From Eledone cirrhosa (lineage: Eukaryota), in assembly GCA_964016885.1 (NCBI GenBank), contig OZ024741.1:145762001-145826000 (forward strand): a stretch of DNA of 64,000 nt. The letters run 5' to 3'. Below are positions 1-11,280 of this stretch, one piece after another (position 1 is the first letter of the stretch; the number at the start of each line of letters is the position of its first letter). The notes under the pieces are model-generated. The model ran no database searches. It had not been told where the DNA came from and saw only the letters and a program-made list of their open reading frames with translations. The position numbers and the translations under genes were made by a program.

Positions 1-314
1 ATATTGCTCTATGAAACTAATGGTGTATGTATGTATTTATATGTAAATGTATTTGTCTTATGCGCATATATAAATGTGTATGTGTCAGTTTGTGTGACCC
101 TGTGTGAGCAAGTGTTTGTATCTGTCTGTGTGTATGATTATTTATTATGTATTTGTGAGAGTCTTAGTGAATACTCCTCTGTAAAAATAATGGTGAATGT
201 ATGTAGATAGAGTGACATTATACAATCACTCCTTTGCATATGCTCCAAACAAATTTGTTGAGCAAATTGTAAACAAAATCAAAATCAATGGATATCGATC
301 TAAACCTTTATCAT

Positions 315-345
<31 letters not shown>

Positions 346-1331
346 TGAGTACGTATATATGTTACAATAAATATAAAATATATTAATTCAAATGATGTTG
401 AAGTTGCATTTCAGCACCAGAATTTGCCATTATTTGTACATTATTCAAAACAACTTATATATAATTTTATGCTTTGTGAACGTCTTGCTGCCAATAAAAA
501 TACATGCACCTGTTCAATTTCCCTTCCGTTATATTATTAGTCAGGTAACTAATCCTTTCCTTGGTTAGTTTAGTAGCCAGATGGTTGTTTAATCATCATT
601 TTAAATATGACAATTAAACACTCATTCGGTTATGAAACTGTAGTAAGACGCCTCACGCCCCATGTCGGATAATAGAACAACCCTAGTTGTCTCCCCCTGG
701 TTGAGAACACTATTTAAGTAAGCAGCAGTATTACTTTCCCAGACAAGCCACGGGAAAGCAGACGGTATACACGCCACAGAAAACAGCCTCTGTACCACGA
801 AACGATAAACTGCCAAGGAAACAGCAAACACCACAATACCTTTGTAAGTGTAACACGCTCCCTTCACTACAACTGGATCACGTATATATTTGGTATGTTT
901 CATTTGTAATATAGTAAACACATATAAACAAAATAAACATCACTATTATTTACATTGTTAAATATAACTCTCGTTGTGGTTATTGTCTTGTTTACGCACA
1001 CACCCCACTCACTTTGTTATAATTCACATACAAAAATGGTAAATAGATGAGGGACCTTCCCTCAAGTCTATGTCGATAAACAATCCAACTAGGATACTTC
1101 ATTTTACCACAAAACTAAACAAGGAATGGATTATATACCTAACAAATAATAAAACTGAAGTGAAACTCCACAAGTGTATTTGTTTTTGATGGCAGCATAT
1201 TCCTCCCAAAGTATAACAATATCTGTTTCAACACACAATTTCACATCAAGCATCTCACAAAACAATTATAAAAACGAACATATATATATATATATGTTCA
1301 GTTTTGTAATTTTATAATATATATATATATA

Positions 1332-1384
1332 TCATCATCATCATCATCATCATTTTACGTCCGCTCTTTCCTGCTTGCAAGGGT
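1332..1384 (-). mobile_element. 3' tail fragment of RTE LINE or RTE-mobilised SINE with (GAT)n tail
   Basis: Reverse complement reads ...cttgcaagcaggaaagagcggacgtaaaatgatgatg, matching the RTE 3' end at 8783-8820. Confidence 0.75.
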
Positions 1385-1502
<118 letters not shown>

Positions 1503-1639
1503 CAGAGGGTCCAGCCATACAAGCTAGTAAGTAAGGCAATTAAGGATATGTAGTCAGTCTATCAGGTATAGTCGCTGAGATACTAACAGTATCTGGGACA
1601 GTGGATCACACATTAGCCACTCTTATTATAAACCGTAAT

Positions 1640-2688
1640 ACAAAATGGTGTCATACTGAATGATTGGCATAGCAGCATCATTGTCAACTGTTTCAAGGTT
1701 AAAGAAGATGCACTAGATAGAGAAAATTATAGAGGCATCAAGTTGATGGACAAGGTTATGAAGGTAACAGAAATATTAGGAACTGGATTAAGCTAGATGA
1801 AATGCAGTTTGGATTTGTGCCAGATAAAAGTACCACTGCTGCCTCTTTCCTTGTGAAGCTTCTACAGCTAAAAGTTAGACCCTCTACTTGTTGATCTGGA
1901 GAAAGTTTTTCAGAGAGTCCTTTGTGCCATAATCTTGTGGGCTCTAAAAAAACTAGGATTAAATGAATGGCTTGTGAAGGCTGTATAAGCCCTGTATAGA
2001 GAAGCAGTCAGCACAGTTAGGATTAACAATGATAATAGTGAATAATTTAGCATGCATGTAGGTGTCCACTAGGGCTCTGTTCTTAGCTCTCTCTTCTGTT
2101 CATTATTATCCTGCAGGCTATAACAGAAAAGTTTAAGACTGGCTGCCAATGGGAACTCTTGTATGCAGATGATATAACATTTATAGCTGAATCTATGGGA
2201 GAATTTGAGAAGAAATTCCAAATCTAGACGCATGGCCTCAAATTAAAAGGTCTTAAAGTCAACCTGACAAAGACTAAGGTCTTAGTAAGCAGAAGAAAAA
2301 CAAGGCATTGATCTCCTCAGGAAAATGACCTTGCTCAGTGTGTAGGAAAGGCAAAGGTAAAAATTCCATATTCTGTCCCAAATGCAAACTATGGGTATAC
2401 AAACAGTTTAGTAGGATCTCAGGTAGGTTCTTTAAGAATGTAGATTTTACATGTGGCCATTGCACAAGAACAGTAAGCAGTAAACGCCAACATAAAATAA
2501 GTACTATCAAATTCTTAGAATGTTCTGTAGAAGCAGTAGACAGCTTCTGCTACCTGGGTCATCAAATCATCAATGGAGGAGGATGTTCTGAAAGTACAGT
2601 AATCAGAGTGAGAATGGGATGGAAAAAATTCAGGACACTACTACCACTGCTAGCTACAAACAGTTTTTTTCTCAAAATGAAGAGCAGA

Positions 2689-2692
<4 letters not shown>
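1640..2692 (+). pseudogene. Degenerate RTE LINE RT fragment with PHD-like finger
   Basis: MQFGFVP, WELLYADD (2150-2173), CRKGKGKNSIFCPKCKLWVYK, EAVDSFCYLG; frameshifts and stops; homologous to 7300-8360. Confidence 0.9.
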
Positions 2693-2732
<40 letters not shown>

Positions 2733-2908
2733 GTATCCACAGTAAGTTGTGGGGTCTATTCTGCATGAAGAACTTGATGTAATCCATATGTTGAAAATGT
2801 TGTAGGTTAAGATAAATCTCAGAAAAGAATAAAACATTAAAAGGAAAACAGAGTCATGATATAAGTTAAAACAATGAAATAAAAAATCAAGTCATTAGAG
2901 ATATACTT

Positions 2909-3049
2909 CACTGCTTTACGATCGTTTCTAGATGATGATAATACATTGTAGCTATACTCCGTTATTGATCTATGTAAGGTTAGTTACAAAATATCAGATA
3001 AAGAGAATATTTACTTACATGCATATCACCAGCTGTTTTCAAAAGCAAT
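2909..3049 (-). ncRNA. Decayed type I hammerhead-like motif (PLE-type)
   Basis: Minus strand TTGCTT-TTGAAAA (canonical CTGAAGA)...GAAA-CGATCG-TA-AAGCAG; same stem III palindrome as 14333-14344. Confidence 0.45.
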
Positions 3050-3639
3050 AATAATTTTATTCAATAATAATTTTATTCAATAATAATTTTATTCAGAATT
3101 AGTAGTATGTTAGTATCATGTCGTTATTTGGAGTTAGTTGAAGAACTAATGAATCAAATTGTTTTTTTCATATGGTGTTAAGATGAAAAGTAATACACTT
3201 TAGTTGAGGTCATGACCCTTTGAAAGGAATGGTTGAAAGGTGTTAATAGTAGAATTGGCATAAAAATCTATTAGGAGGAAAGGGATTGTCAAACTGATAG
3301 TTGAATGTATCTGGTATAGTGAAGTTAAAAAGAATGTCAAAATAAATGGTGATTAGTGTTGTTTTGAGTTTTTAGGTGAATATAAATTAAGGTTATGGCT
3401 AGGAAAGATAGTATATTAAAAGATGAAAATTATAATAAGATAATGAAATACAGTAATGCGATAATATACAACTTAACCAACACAATATAGTACGGTGTGG
3501 TAAATTGCACTTAGTATATAATACAGCATATGTACATATATATACACTTCTATCTACCTAAATATGTGTATTATATATATGTTGCTTGGACCACCCTCAT
3601 TTCTGACAAGTGCCCCATTAGGAGAATTACCTGTTCATC

Positions 3640-3855
3640 AAATTAATGTTTAAGTGGCTGAGCCTTCCATTGACACATTAAACCTTAATATAAATCTGAG
3701 AGATATTCTGCATGACATAATGCGTTAAAAGGCTGACTACTTGAATTACAATTGCAACTTTGTTTTGTCAGCTGGGTGGACAGGAGTAATGTGAAATAAG
3801 CCTATTTATCGATCACACAACATGCCACCTGGTCTAGGATTCAAACTCATGACTA
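3640..3855 (-). mobile_element. tRNA-derived SINE, degenerate; related copies near 17520-17660, 31630-31690, 41390-41520, 49240-49385, 53965-54060
   Basis: Shared motif gtggac-ggag-aatgtgaaataa...acacaac...ctggtc-agga-tcaaac (reverse complement of a B-box-containing head). Confidence 0.55.
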
Positions 3856-3893
3856 CACACACATACACACACATATATATGTATATATATAAA

Positions 3894-4181
3894 CAGAGCC
3901 AGATTTAATGGGGCAAAGAGGGCAATTGAACCGGGCCGCCTGCAGTGGTGGTGGGGGGACTACCAGCGACAGCAATTTATTTGTTCCCTCAGCTGGGCTC
4001 TTTAGTTTTAGGATTGTTAGAATTTTTTAATTTAATACTTGTATGTATAACCTTTTCAATTCCAATTACTTGCACCAAGCTACCTTTCATATGTAAAATT
4101 GGAGAGTTTTCTATGTATTCTAAATTGTTTGTGTATGAGCCCCCCCCCCCCCCCCCCCCCCCCGGTCTTAATCGAACCCTG
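3894..4181. mobile_element. hAT-type MITE with 8-bp target site duplication
   Basis: Termini CAGAGCCAGATTTAA / TTAATCGAACCCTG (imperfect TIR starting CAG); identical TATATAAA at 3886-3893 and 4182-4189. Confidence 0.65.
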
Positions 4182-4229
4182 TATATAAATGTGTGTATAT
4201 ATATTTATTTAAGTTATAATGAAAATACA

Positions 4230-4700
4230 ACTGTGGATTACCACACTGTGAATTCGTGTGAATGCAGAGGTTTTTTATTTTGATATATTTGTAGTATATT
4301 CTAACTATGAGGATCAATGCATGTTGTGCTTTGTTTTATGAGTTTTTTTATTTAATGGCATATTCATCTATTCTATAACCAGGGTATATTTAGTTCTTGT
4401 AGTATATGAAATATGTGGTTTGTATATTTTTTCTGGTACAACTTCTATTGTATCAGTTTGAGTAAATTTGTTCATATATTGCTTTATGGCATGTTCTAAT
4501 AAAGTGTTGGGATATCTGTTGTTAACTAATATCTGTTTTACATGCAAGATTTCCTTAGATAAATTATCCTTAGTGAATGAGAATTTAAATGTTGATCTAA
4601 TGAGGGTTTTAACTACAGATTTTTATATATAAGAGTACTCACAATCTGCTTGCATGTATAGCATTTTCAAATTAACAAGTGGCTTTACAAATTTCAATGC
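4230..4700 (-). pseudogene. Penelope-like element RT C-terminal remnant
   Basis: Manual minus-strand translation gives ..KSVVKTLIRSTFKFSFTKDNLSKEILHVK/QILVNNRYPN, resembling the PLE RT thumb region. Confidence 0.55.
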
Positions 4701-4873
4701 AAATTGAAAGTCGTGAACATCATGGGAAAATGTGTTACATTGGTCACACAACCATGACACTTTCTTGAAATACAAAATCATACGTATCAAAAATGATCAT
4801 ACTGGAGGACAGTCTTGTTTTCAATATAAAATATTTGAAAGAAAAGCTGTTCTTTATCTATAAACATATATGC

Positions 4874-4954
<81 letters not shown>

Positions 4955-5019
4955 TACACATATATGTATTTGTATATATGTATTTGTATATATATATATA
5001 TGCATACACATGTATGTAT

Positions 5020-5262
5020 TTGTATATATGCGACAGCAATAACAGCATCAACACCATTGTCTGCAGCAACAGCAGCAGTGAAATGAAGAACAACAACAAC
5101 AGCGACAACAGCAACAACGACAACAACTACAATAACAACTACAGCACCAACAACTGCCACCACCATCACTGACCATCCACCACCAGCACATTAACACCAT
5201 CCACCACCACCACACTGACACCATCCACCACCACCACCGCCATTACCAGCGTAAAGCAAACA

Positions 5263-5300
<38 letters not shown>
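5020..5300. repeat. (CAA/CAG)n, (CCA)n and (ATT)n simple repeat block upstream of RTE copy 1
   Basis: Seen directly; homologous to 58745-59520. Confidence 0.9.
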
Positions 5301-5569
5301 CAAGCTGAACTGGACTGGGAAAGGTCAACAGTTGACATGATATTGATTTTGATTTTGATGATTTTGATTTTGATTTTGTATCAGTACTGTCGGTAATATA
5401 TGTATATATATATATATGTGTTTGTGAGTGGTGTGTGTGATTGTATGCATGAATGAGTGTTGGTATGTGAGTGGCGTGTGTGTGGTTGTGGTTTGTATGC
5501 ATGAGTGTTGGTGTGTGAGTGTTTGTGTGTGCGTCGTGCCAATAATTTTTATTATTTTTTTTTTTTTAA

Positions 5570-8500
5570 TGACCATGCTGTAAAATGGAGGGGTAGAGAG
5601 GGCCCTTGAGTCTAGTAAGACATCCTCTCTAGTGCTGGTGGCACAAATAAAAGCACCCAGTCCATGCTGTAAAGTGGTGCTGGTGTTAGGAAGGGCATCC
5701 AACCAGTGTATCAATGCCAAAACGCTTATCAGCACAGCAACAAATAGGAACAACAACAAAATATGAAGACGTCGCATCTCAGAGTTGCAACACTTAATGT
5801 TGGAACTCTCAGAGGTAGATCTGCTGAAATAGCGGAGATGCTGGAGAGAAGGCAAGTGTATGTGTGCTGCGTGCAAGAGGTGAGATGGAGAGGTGCCTCT
5901 GCGAGACTAGTGGTAGGCAAGCGTCTTAGCTATAAGCTATTCTGGGTAGGTAAGGATGATGGGCTAGGGGGAGTAGGCATTTTCCTGGCTGAGAAATGGA
6001 TCAATAAGACAATAGAGGTAGTTCGAGTTAGTAATCGAATAATTAAGCTTAGATTAGTTGTAGGTAGGAGACTACTGACAATCATCTCGGCCTATGCTCC
6101 CCAAGCAGGCCTAGGCAAAGATGAGAAAAACTGCTTTTATGAGCAACTTTTCCAAACAACCGCAATGACAGAGGACGGAGACATCGTTATGCTAGCAGGA
6201 GACTTCAATGGTCATGTTGGACAGCTCCAGGATGGTTACACTGGGGTACATGGTGGGCACGGTTACGGTTCAAGAAATGAAGAAGTGATGCGGGTACATT
6301 GACTATTTGCAACACAAACTTCCAGAAACCTGCCAATCACCTAATAACCTACAAATCTGGTGAGCACATAAGCCAGATTGACTTTCTGCTAGTTAGGCAG
6401 CGAGACAGGCAGATAGTGTCTAATACCAAGGCATACCCTGGAAAAGAATGTACCCCACAGCATAGGTTAGTTGTTAGTGATATCTCAGTAAGCAAGAGAT
6501 GGAATGAGACATATAGGAAGGTGTGGAGAAGAAAGGTCTGGAAGCTAAAAGACCTTTCACTAAAATACAAATTTAGGAAAGCCCTTCAAGATGTATATGA
6601 CGAAAAAGAAGACGATTTAGAGACGTATGACATAGATAATAACTGGAATTTCTTACGTGACAACTTGCTGCAGGCTACTGATGAAACCTGTGGCTGGAGC
6701 AGAGCTCCAACCAGACAGAGAGTGACCTGGTAGTGGAACAGCACAGTAGATAAGGCTATTAGAGACAAAAGACTAGCATGGAAGGCTTGGGAAAAGGGTG
6801 GGAGTAGGGAAGAATATACAGCCACTAAGAGAGAAGCTAGACGTCAGGTGTACTTAGCACGCAGGGAGGCAGAGAGTAGGAGGTTTGCCAATGTTCTGCG
6901 ACGGGAAGATCAGAGGCGTGCGGTGTTCCACATTGCAAGGCAGTGTGTCAATGCAAATCAGGATGTTGTTGGAGATAAATGTGTCCGGGATGATGCTGGT
7001 GTACTTAGTGTCATGAATGATCAGAAAAAGGAGGCCTGGAAATGTCATTATGAGAGACTGATGAATGTGGAGAACGAATGGGAGAGAGAGAGAAATTACC
7101 CTTGGTAGATCCGACAGAGGGACCAGCTATTGAGATTGACGAATATAGGGTCCAAGAGGCGATTAGGGAAATGAAAAATGGTAAGGCTGCCGGACCATCG
7201 GGAATAGTTGCTGAGATGCTGAAGGCATCAGGGGACATAGGCACTAAACTGGTTGAACGCATCATCAATCAGGCTATATATGGTGGTGTCATACCCAAAG
7301 ACTGGTGCAGCAGTATTCTCATAAATTGCTACAAAGGTAAAGGGGATGCTTTGGAGAGGAGCAATTATAGGGGTATAAAACTGATAAATCAGGTTATGAA
7401 AGTGGCAGAAAGGATTTTAGCACAACTAATTAGAGAAAGATCAAACTAGATGAGATGCAGTTTGGTTTTGTGCCTGGGAAGAGTACAACAGATGCCCTCT
7501 TCTTGGTGAGACAATTGCAAGAGAGGTTCTTAGAGAAGAATAAGCCACTATACTTAGCCTTTGTTGACCTAGAGAAGGCCTTTGATAGGGTACCCCGATC
7601 TGTCATCTGGTGGTCCCTAAGGAAGCTAGGTTTTGAGGAATGGCTTGTGAGGACAGTGCAAACTTTGTACAGAGGTACTCTCAGTAAAGTCAGGGTAGGA
7701 ATGGAGTTTAGTGAGAAATTCCAGATACAAGTAGGAGTACATCAGGGTTCGGTCCTCAGCCCGCTCTTGTTCATTATAGTCCTCCAAGCCATAACAGAGG
7801 AGTTTAAGACTGGCTGTCAATGGGAACTTCTCTATGCTGACGATCTGGTTCTTATAGCAGAATCAGTAGAGGAGCTAGAGAATAAATTCTGGCTATGGAA
7901 ACAGCAGTTGGAAGCAAGAGGACTGAGAGTGAATCTAGCTAAGACAAAAGTGTTGATGAGTAGAAAAGAGGACAAAACCCTGATTCCGTCAGGGAAATAG
8001 CCATGTTCGATATGCAGAAAAGGAACTGGCATAAATTCTATAAAATGCACACAATGCAGATCCTGGGTACACAAGAGATGTAGCGGGATAGCAGGCAAAC
8101 TAACAGGTAGGGAGAAATATGTATGCAGTAGATGTACAGGGAAATTAGGCAGTAGAAGTCGCACTGATAGACACATTTTTCAAATGCAAGAGGGTGCTAT
8201 AGAAGTGGTGGATAGCTTCCGGTACCTAGGAGATCAGATTAGCATGGGAGGAGGGTGTTCCGAGGCCATAGTATCTAGAATAAGGACGGGTTGGAAGAAG
8301 TTTAGGGAGCTGCTTCCTCTGTTGACGAAGAAGGGTTTCTCCCTGCGTACAAAAGGCCGGTTGTATGATGCCTGTGTGAGGAGCGCGATGCTGCATGGTA
8401 GTGAGACATGGGCAGCAACTGCAGAGGATATGCGACGGCTGGAGAGAAATGAGGCAAGCATGCTCCGTTGGATGTGCAGTGTAAATGTGCGTGAACGACC

Positions 8501-8838
8501 CAGCATAAATGTGTTGAGAGAGAAACTGTGTCTGAGAGGGATAGAATGTAGTGTACGGGAGAGGAGACTGAGGTGGTATGGACATGTGATATGCATGGAG
8601 GATGACCGATGGGTGAAGAAGTGCCAGGAATTGCCAGTTGAAGGAAGACGTGGTAGAGGTAGACCACGAAAAACATGGGCGGAGGTGGTGAGAACAGACC
8701 TCAGATCATTGAAGCTCACGGTGGAGATGACGAGGGACCGTGACGAGTGGAGAGATGCTGTGCTGAATAAGACCCGTCCCACCCTTGCAAGCAGGGAAAA
8801 GCGGACGTAAAATGATGATGATGATGATGATGATGATG

Positions 8839-8840
<2 letters not shown>
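5570..8840 (+). mobile_element. Near-full-length RTE-clade LINE, copy 1 (single APE-RT ORF 5763-8810, disrupted)
   Basis: APE motifs TLNVGTL, CVQEVRW, SAYAPQ, AGDFNGHVG, QHRLVV; RT motifs NYRGIKL, AFVDLEKAFDRV, GVHQGSVLSP, LYADDL, FRYLG; RTE C-terminus RRLRWYGHV..RGRGRPRKTW; (GAT)n tail; stop at 6731 and frameshifts. Confidence 0.97.
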
Positions 8841-8880
<40 letters not shown>

Positions 8881-9418
8881 GTTATAATGGTTGTGTATAT
8901 ATGTGTATGTAATTCTGCAATGCCTAGAGTTATTTCAGTACAATATTAAACATATCCATTCGGAAAATATTACTTTCACACAACAATTTTCTCCCCAAAT
9001 TTCTAAAACAGAATAACCATTGGGTCTTGCCTGTGGTTTTAGTCTATTTATGTGGCTGTATAATGTATAGTGGTGTGTATGTGGGGGCCATGTATATGTA
9101 AATATGTTTATGAATATCTGTACATGTTTATATATGTGAGTGTTTATGTCTGTAGCTGTACATATATGTGAATATGTTTAGGCATGTTTATGCACCTAGT
9201 ATATATGAATGTTTATGTGTGTGTGCATGTGTGGCAGGGGGAGGGGGTATCTAGATATCTGAATTTGATTCAGATATATTTTGGCTAGTGTTCAAAATTT
9301 CAGAATAGTTTGAAAGTGTGATTTTACATTCTGTTTTATTATGGTATTTATAAACTATTAAAATAGCCAAAAACTTTTCTGAAATGCAAGTGTTACAATT
9401 GTTGTCACTGTTGCTGTT

Positions 9419-10061
9419 GAAACCGTCCTGTATGCACTCGTTCAGTGTCCGAGTATTGCTGACTTGTGGGTTTATGTCGAACACCTGCTGTCGCATGTAG
9501 AACGGATCCGGCTATCAGCTAAGTCCATCGTGAGGATTGCCTCGCTGCCTTCCTTTAGCTGGGAAGGGTAGGCAGTTTTTATCTGCCTGGTGGCCATGGT
9601 AAAAGAGATCGTATGCTGGACACATCTGAAAGGGTTGAAGACGGGTTCTTTCCTTTTCGGTGACGCCCTCATTTTCCTTTTCAGGTTTCACCTGAAAAGG
9701 AAAATCTGGGTGCAAAGGGAAGTGCTGCCTTCCAGCCAGTTTGTTGAAAGGTGGGTGAGAGAGTCAAGAATGGCCCATGTGAATGGGCCTACCTTGAGCG
9801 TATGCCTGTAGCATTGTAGGAGGAAAACTGGAAGAGGGCACTTGCCCTAGCGGTCAGGGTAACCATGGTTTTTTTGTGGGCTTTCTCCTGAGTGACCCGT
9901 GGAAGTCTCCCCCCTGTTGGGGAACTTTTCATTGTTTCCTCTTTTGTTACATCATCTGTTTTTGTTTTTTTACACGCAGAAATGCCCATTTGTACCGTCC
10001 TGTATTGTCCTGTGTTGTGCTTAATGTCATAATTTGTGTCAATTCTTGTAGTAAATAAAGA

Positions 10062-10110
<49 letters not shown>
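9419..10110 (+). mobile_element. 5'-truncated L1/Tx1-like LINE 3' end with (ATT)n tail
   Basis: Aligns by eye to 13095-13770; MAMVKEIVCWTHLKG..; AATAAA then (ATT)n. Confidence 0.88.
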
Positions 10111-10112
<2 letters not shown>

Positions 10113-10254
10113 AGTTGCATTTATCTTGCTTTATGTTCATACGAGTTATCACCAAGTCACAACCAGTGACCTCAAGAGACAACAAGGTCCACCATGTTCA
10201 AGAAAGAACATACATACACACACATGCAACATTAGGTGTTTAGACTTGTGATGT

Positions 10255-10690
10255 ACTTATATTGACAGAATCTTCCTTATATTAGCTAGATTGTTACTGT
10301 GAATATAGTCTCTGTTTTCGGGATGTTTCTTTTTCGAGTTGATATAAGTCTGTTCTGTATTCGATCTATCTGATGGGTAGTACATGGCAGTGTAGAAAAC
10401 CTCAAGGACTTCTTTATTGTCTTCCCTTGACCATTTTTTACTCTTTTTCTTTGGCCCTGGGTGATGGCAGATCTGGTATGAGATTTTATCATTTGACATT
10501 GGCTTTATTTTGTTGCATTTTATCCTTAACCGCCAAGGGATAATCATTTATAAACCAAGACTAGAGGGATCGTCCTCCCCTAGAGACATGGCTATTCCCT
10601 GCCGGCTGCCATCCCTGTATTTCTTGGTCACAGGGTTTTGGGTTTTTTTTTTAAATTGTTACATGAGTGGTTCCTTAATGTGAGTCCCTC
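10255..10690 (-). mobile_element. Probable 5' part of an R4/Dong-like non-LTR element
   Basis: ORF 10257-10547 KKWSREDNKEVLEVFY...NNLANIRK resembles R4/Dong ORF N-termini; other R4/Dong pieces occur in the window. Confidence 0.5.
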
Positions 10691-10736
<46 letters not shown>

Positions 10737-10739
<3 letters not shown>

Positions 10740-11271
10740 GCTCCTCGGCTCACAGAGCTGGGAATTCTCCCCGTCTGTTTCCAGTTGCAGTAGACGTCCG
10801 CCAAGAGGCCTCCGAACAAGTCTGGCATCTGTACGTAAAGTTCATAGGGCAGGCCATCGAAACCAGGCGATTTACCCCTTGTGCAGCCAGTCATTGCCTC
10901 CCGTACTTCAGCTGCTGTTATCGGCGTTTCGCAACACTCCGCCTCAGTGGCCGAGAGCCGCGGCAGTCCGTCGAGGTAGACACTAAAGTCCATCCCTCAA
11001 TCCGGCCCGCCGCTGCCCCCGAACAGCTGAGCGAAGTGTCGCTGAAAAGCTTCACACAGTAGCATGCGGCCGTCGTGGTCCACCAAAGACCGGATCGTGG
11101 CTTTGTTGCCACGACGCGCCTTCACTACTCGGGCCCATTGAACGGCTTTCGTTACCTTTTGTCTGAGAGCACGCAACCCTAGCTCTGAAAACACAGCCTT
11201 CGTGCTTTGCATTGAAGAATTGGTCAAGGGCCGATTTCACCGGAAGTACGTCGGTCGCGATGCCTTTGCTA
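10737..11271 (-). pseudogene. L1/Tx1-like ORF2 fragment inverted relative to 11281-13770
   Basis: DFSVYLDGLPRLS...GKSPGFDGLPYELY; reverse complement of 11320-11582. Confidence 0.9.
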
Positions 11272-11280
11272 CGAGGTGCT

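Noticed and set aside
620-940. GC-richer segment, possible LTR or pLTR, with a 99-aa minus ORF
   Set aside because: No second copy, TG..CA ends, ribozyme core or recognisable protein motif
4787-5502. Poly-IY, poly-N, poly-V and poly-G ORFs (also 1312-1539, 29071-29700, 31629-33648, 58513-59204)
   Set aside because: Open only because of microsatellites or low complexity; no domain content
5570-5665. Possible HDV-like ribozyme at the RTE 5' end (hairpin tagagagg/cctctcta)
   Set aside because: RTEs can carry HDV-like ribozymes, but I could not build the nested double pseudoknot by eye; needs an RNArobo/Infernal search
8226-8782. Antisense ORFs over LINE coding regions (also 11963-12472, 45975-46328, 57713-58147)
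   Set aside because: Shadow ORFs of RTE/Tx1 sequence
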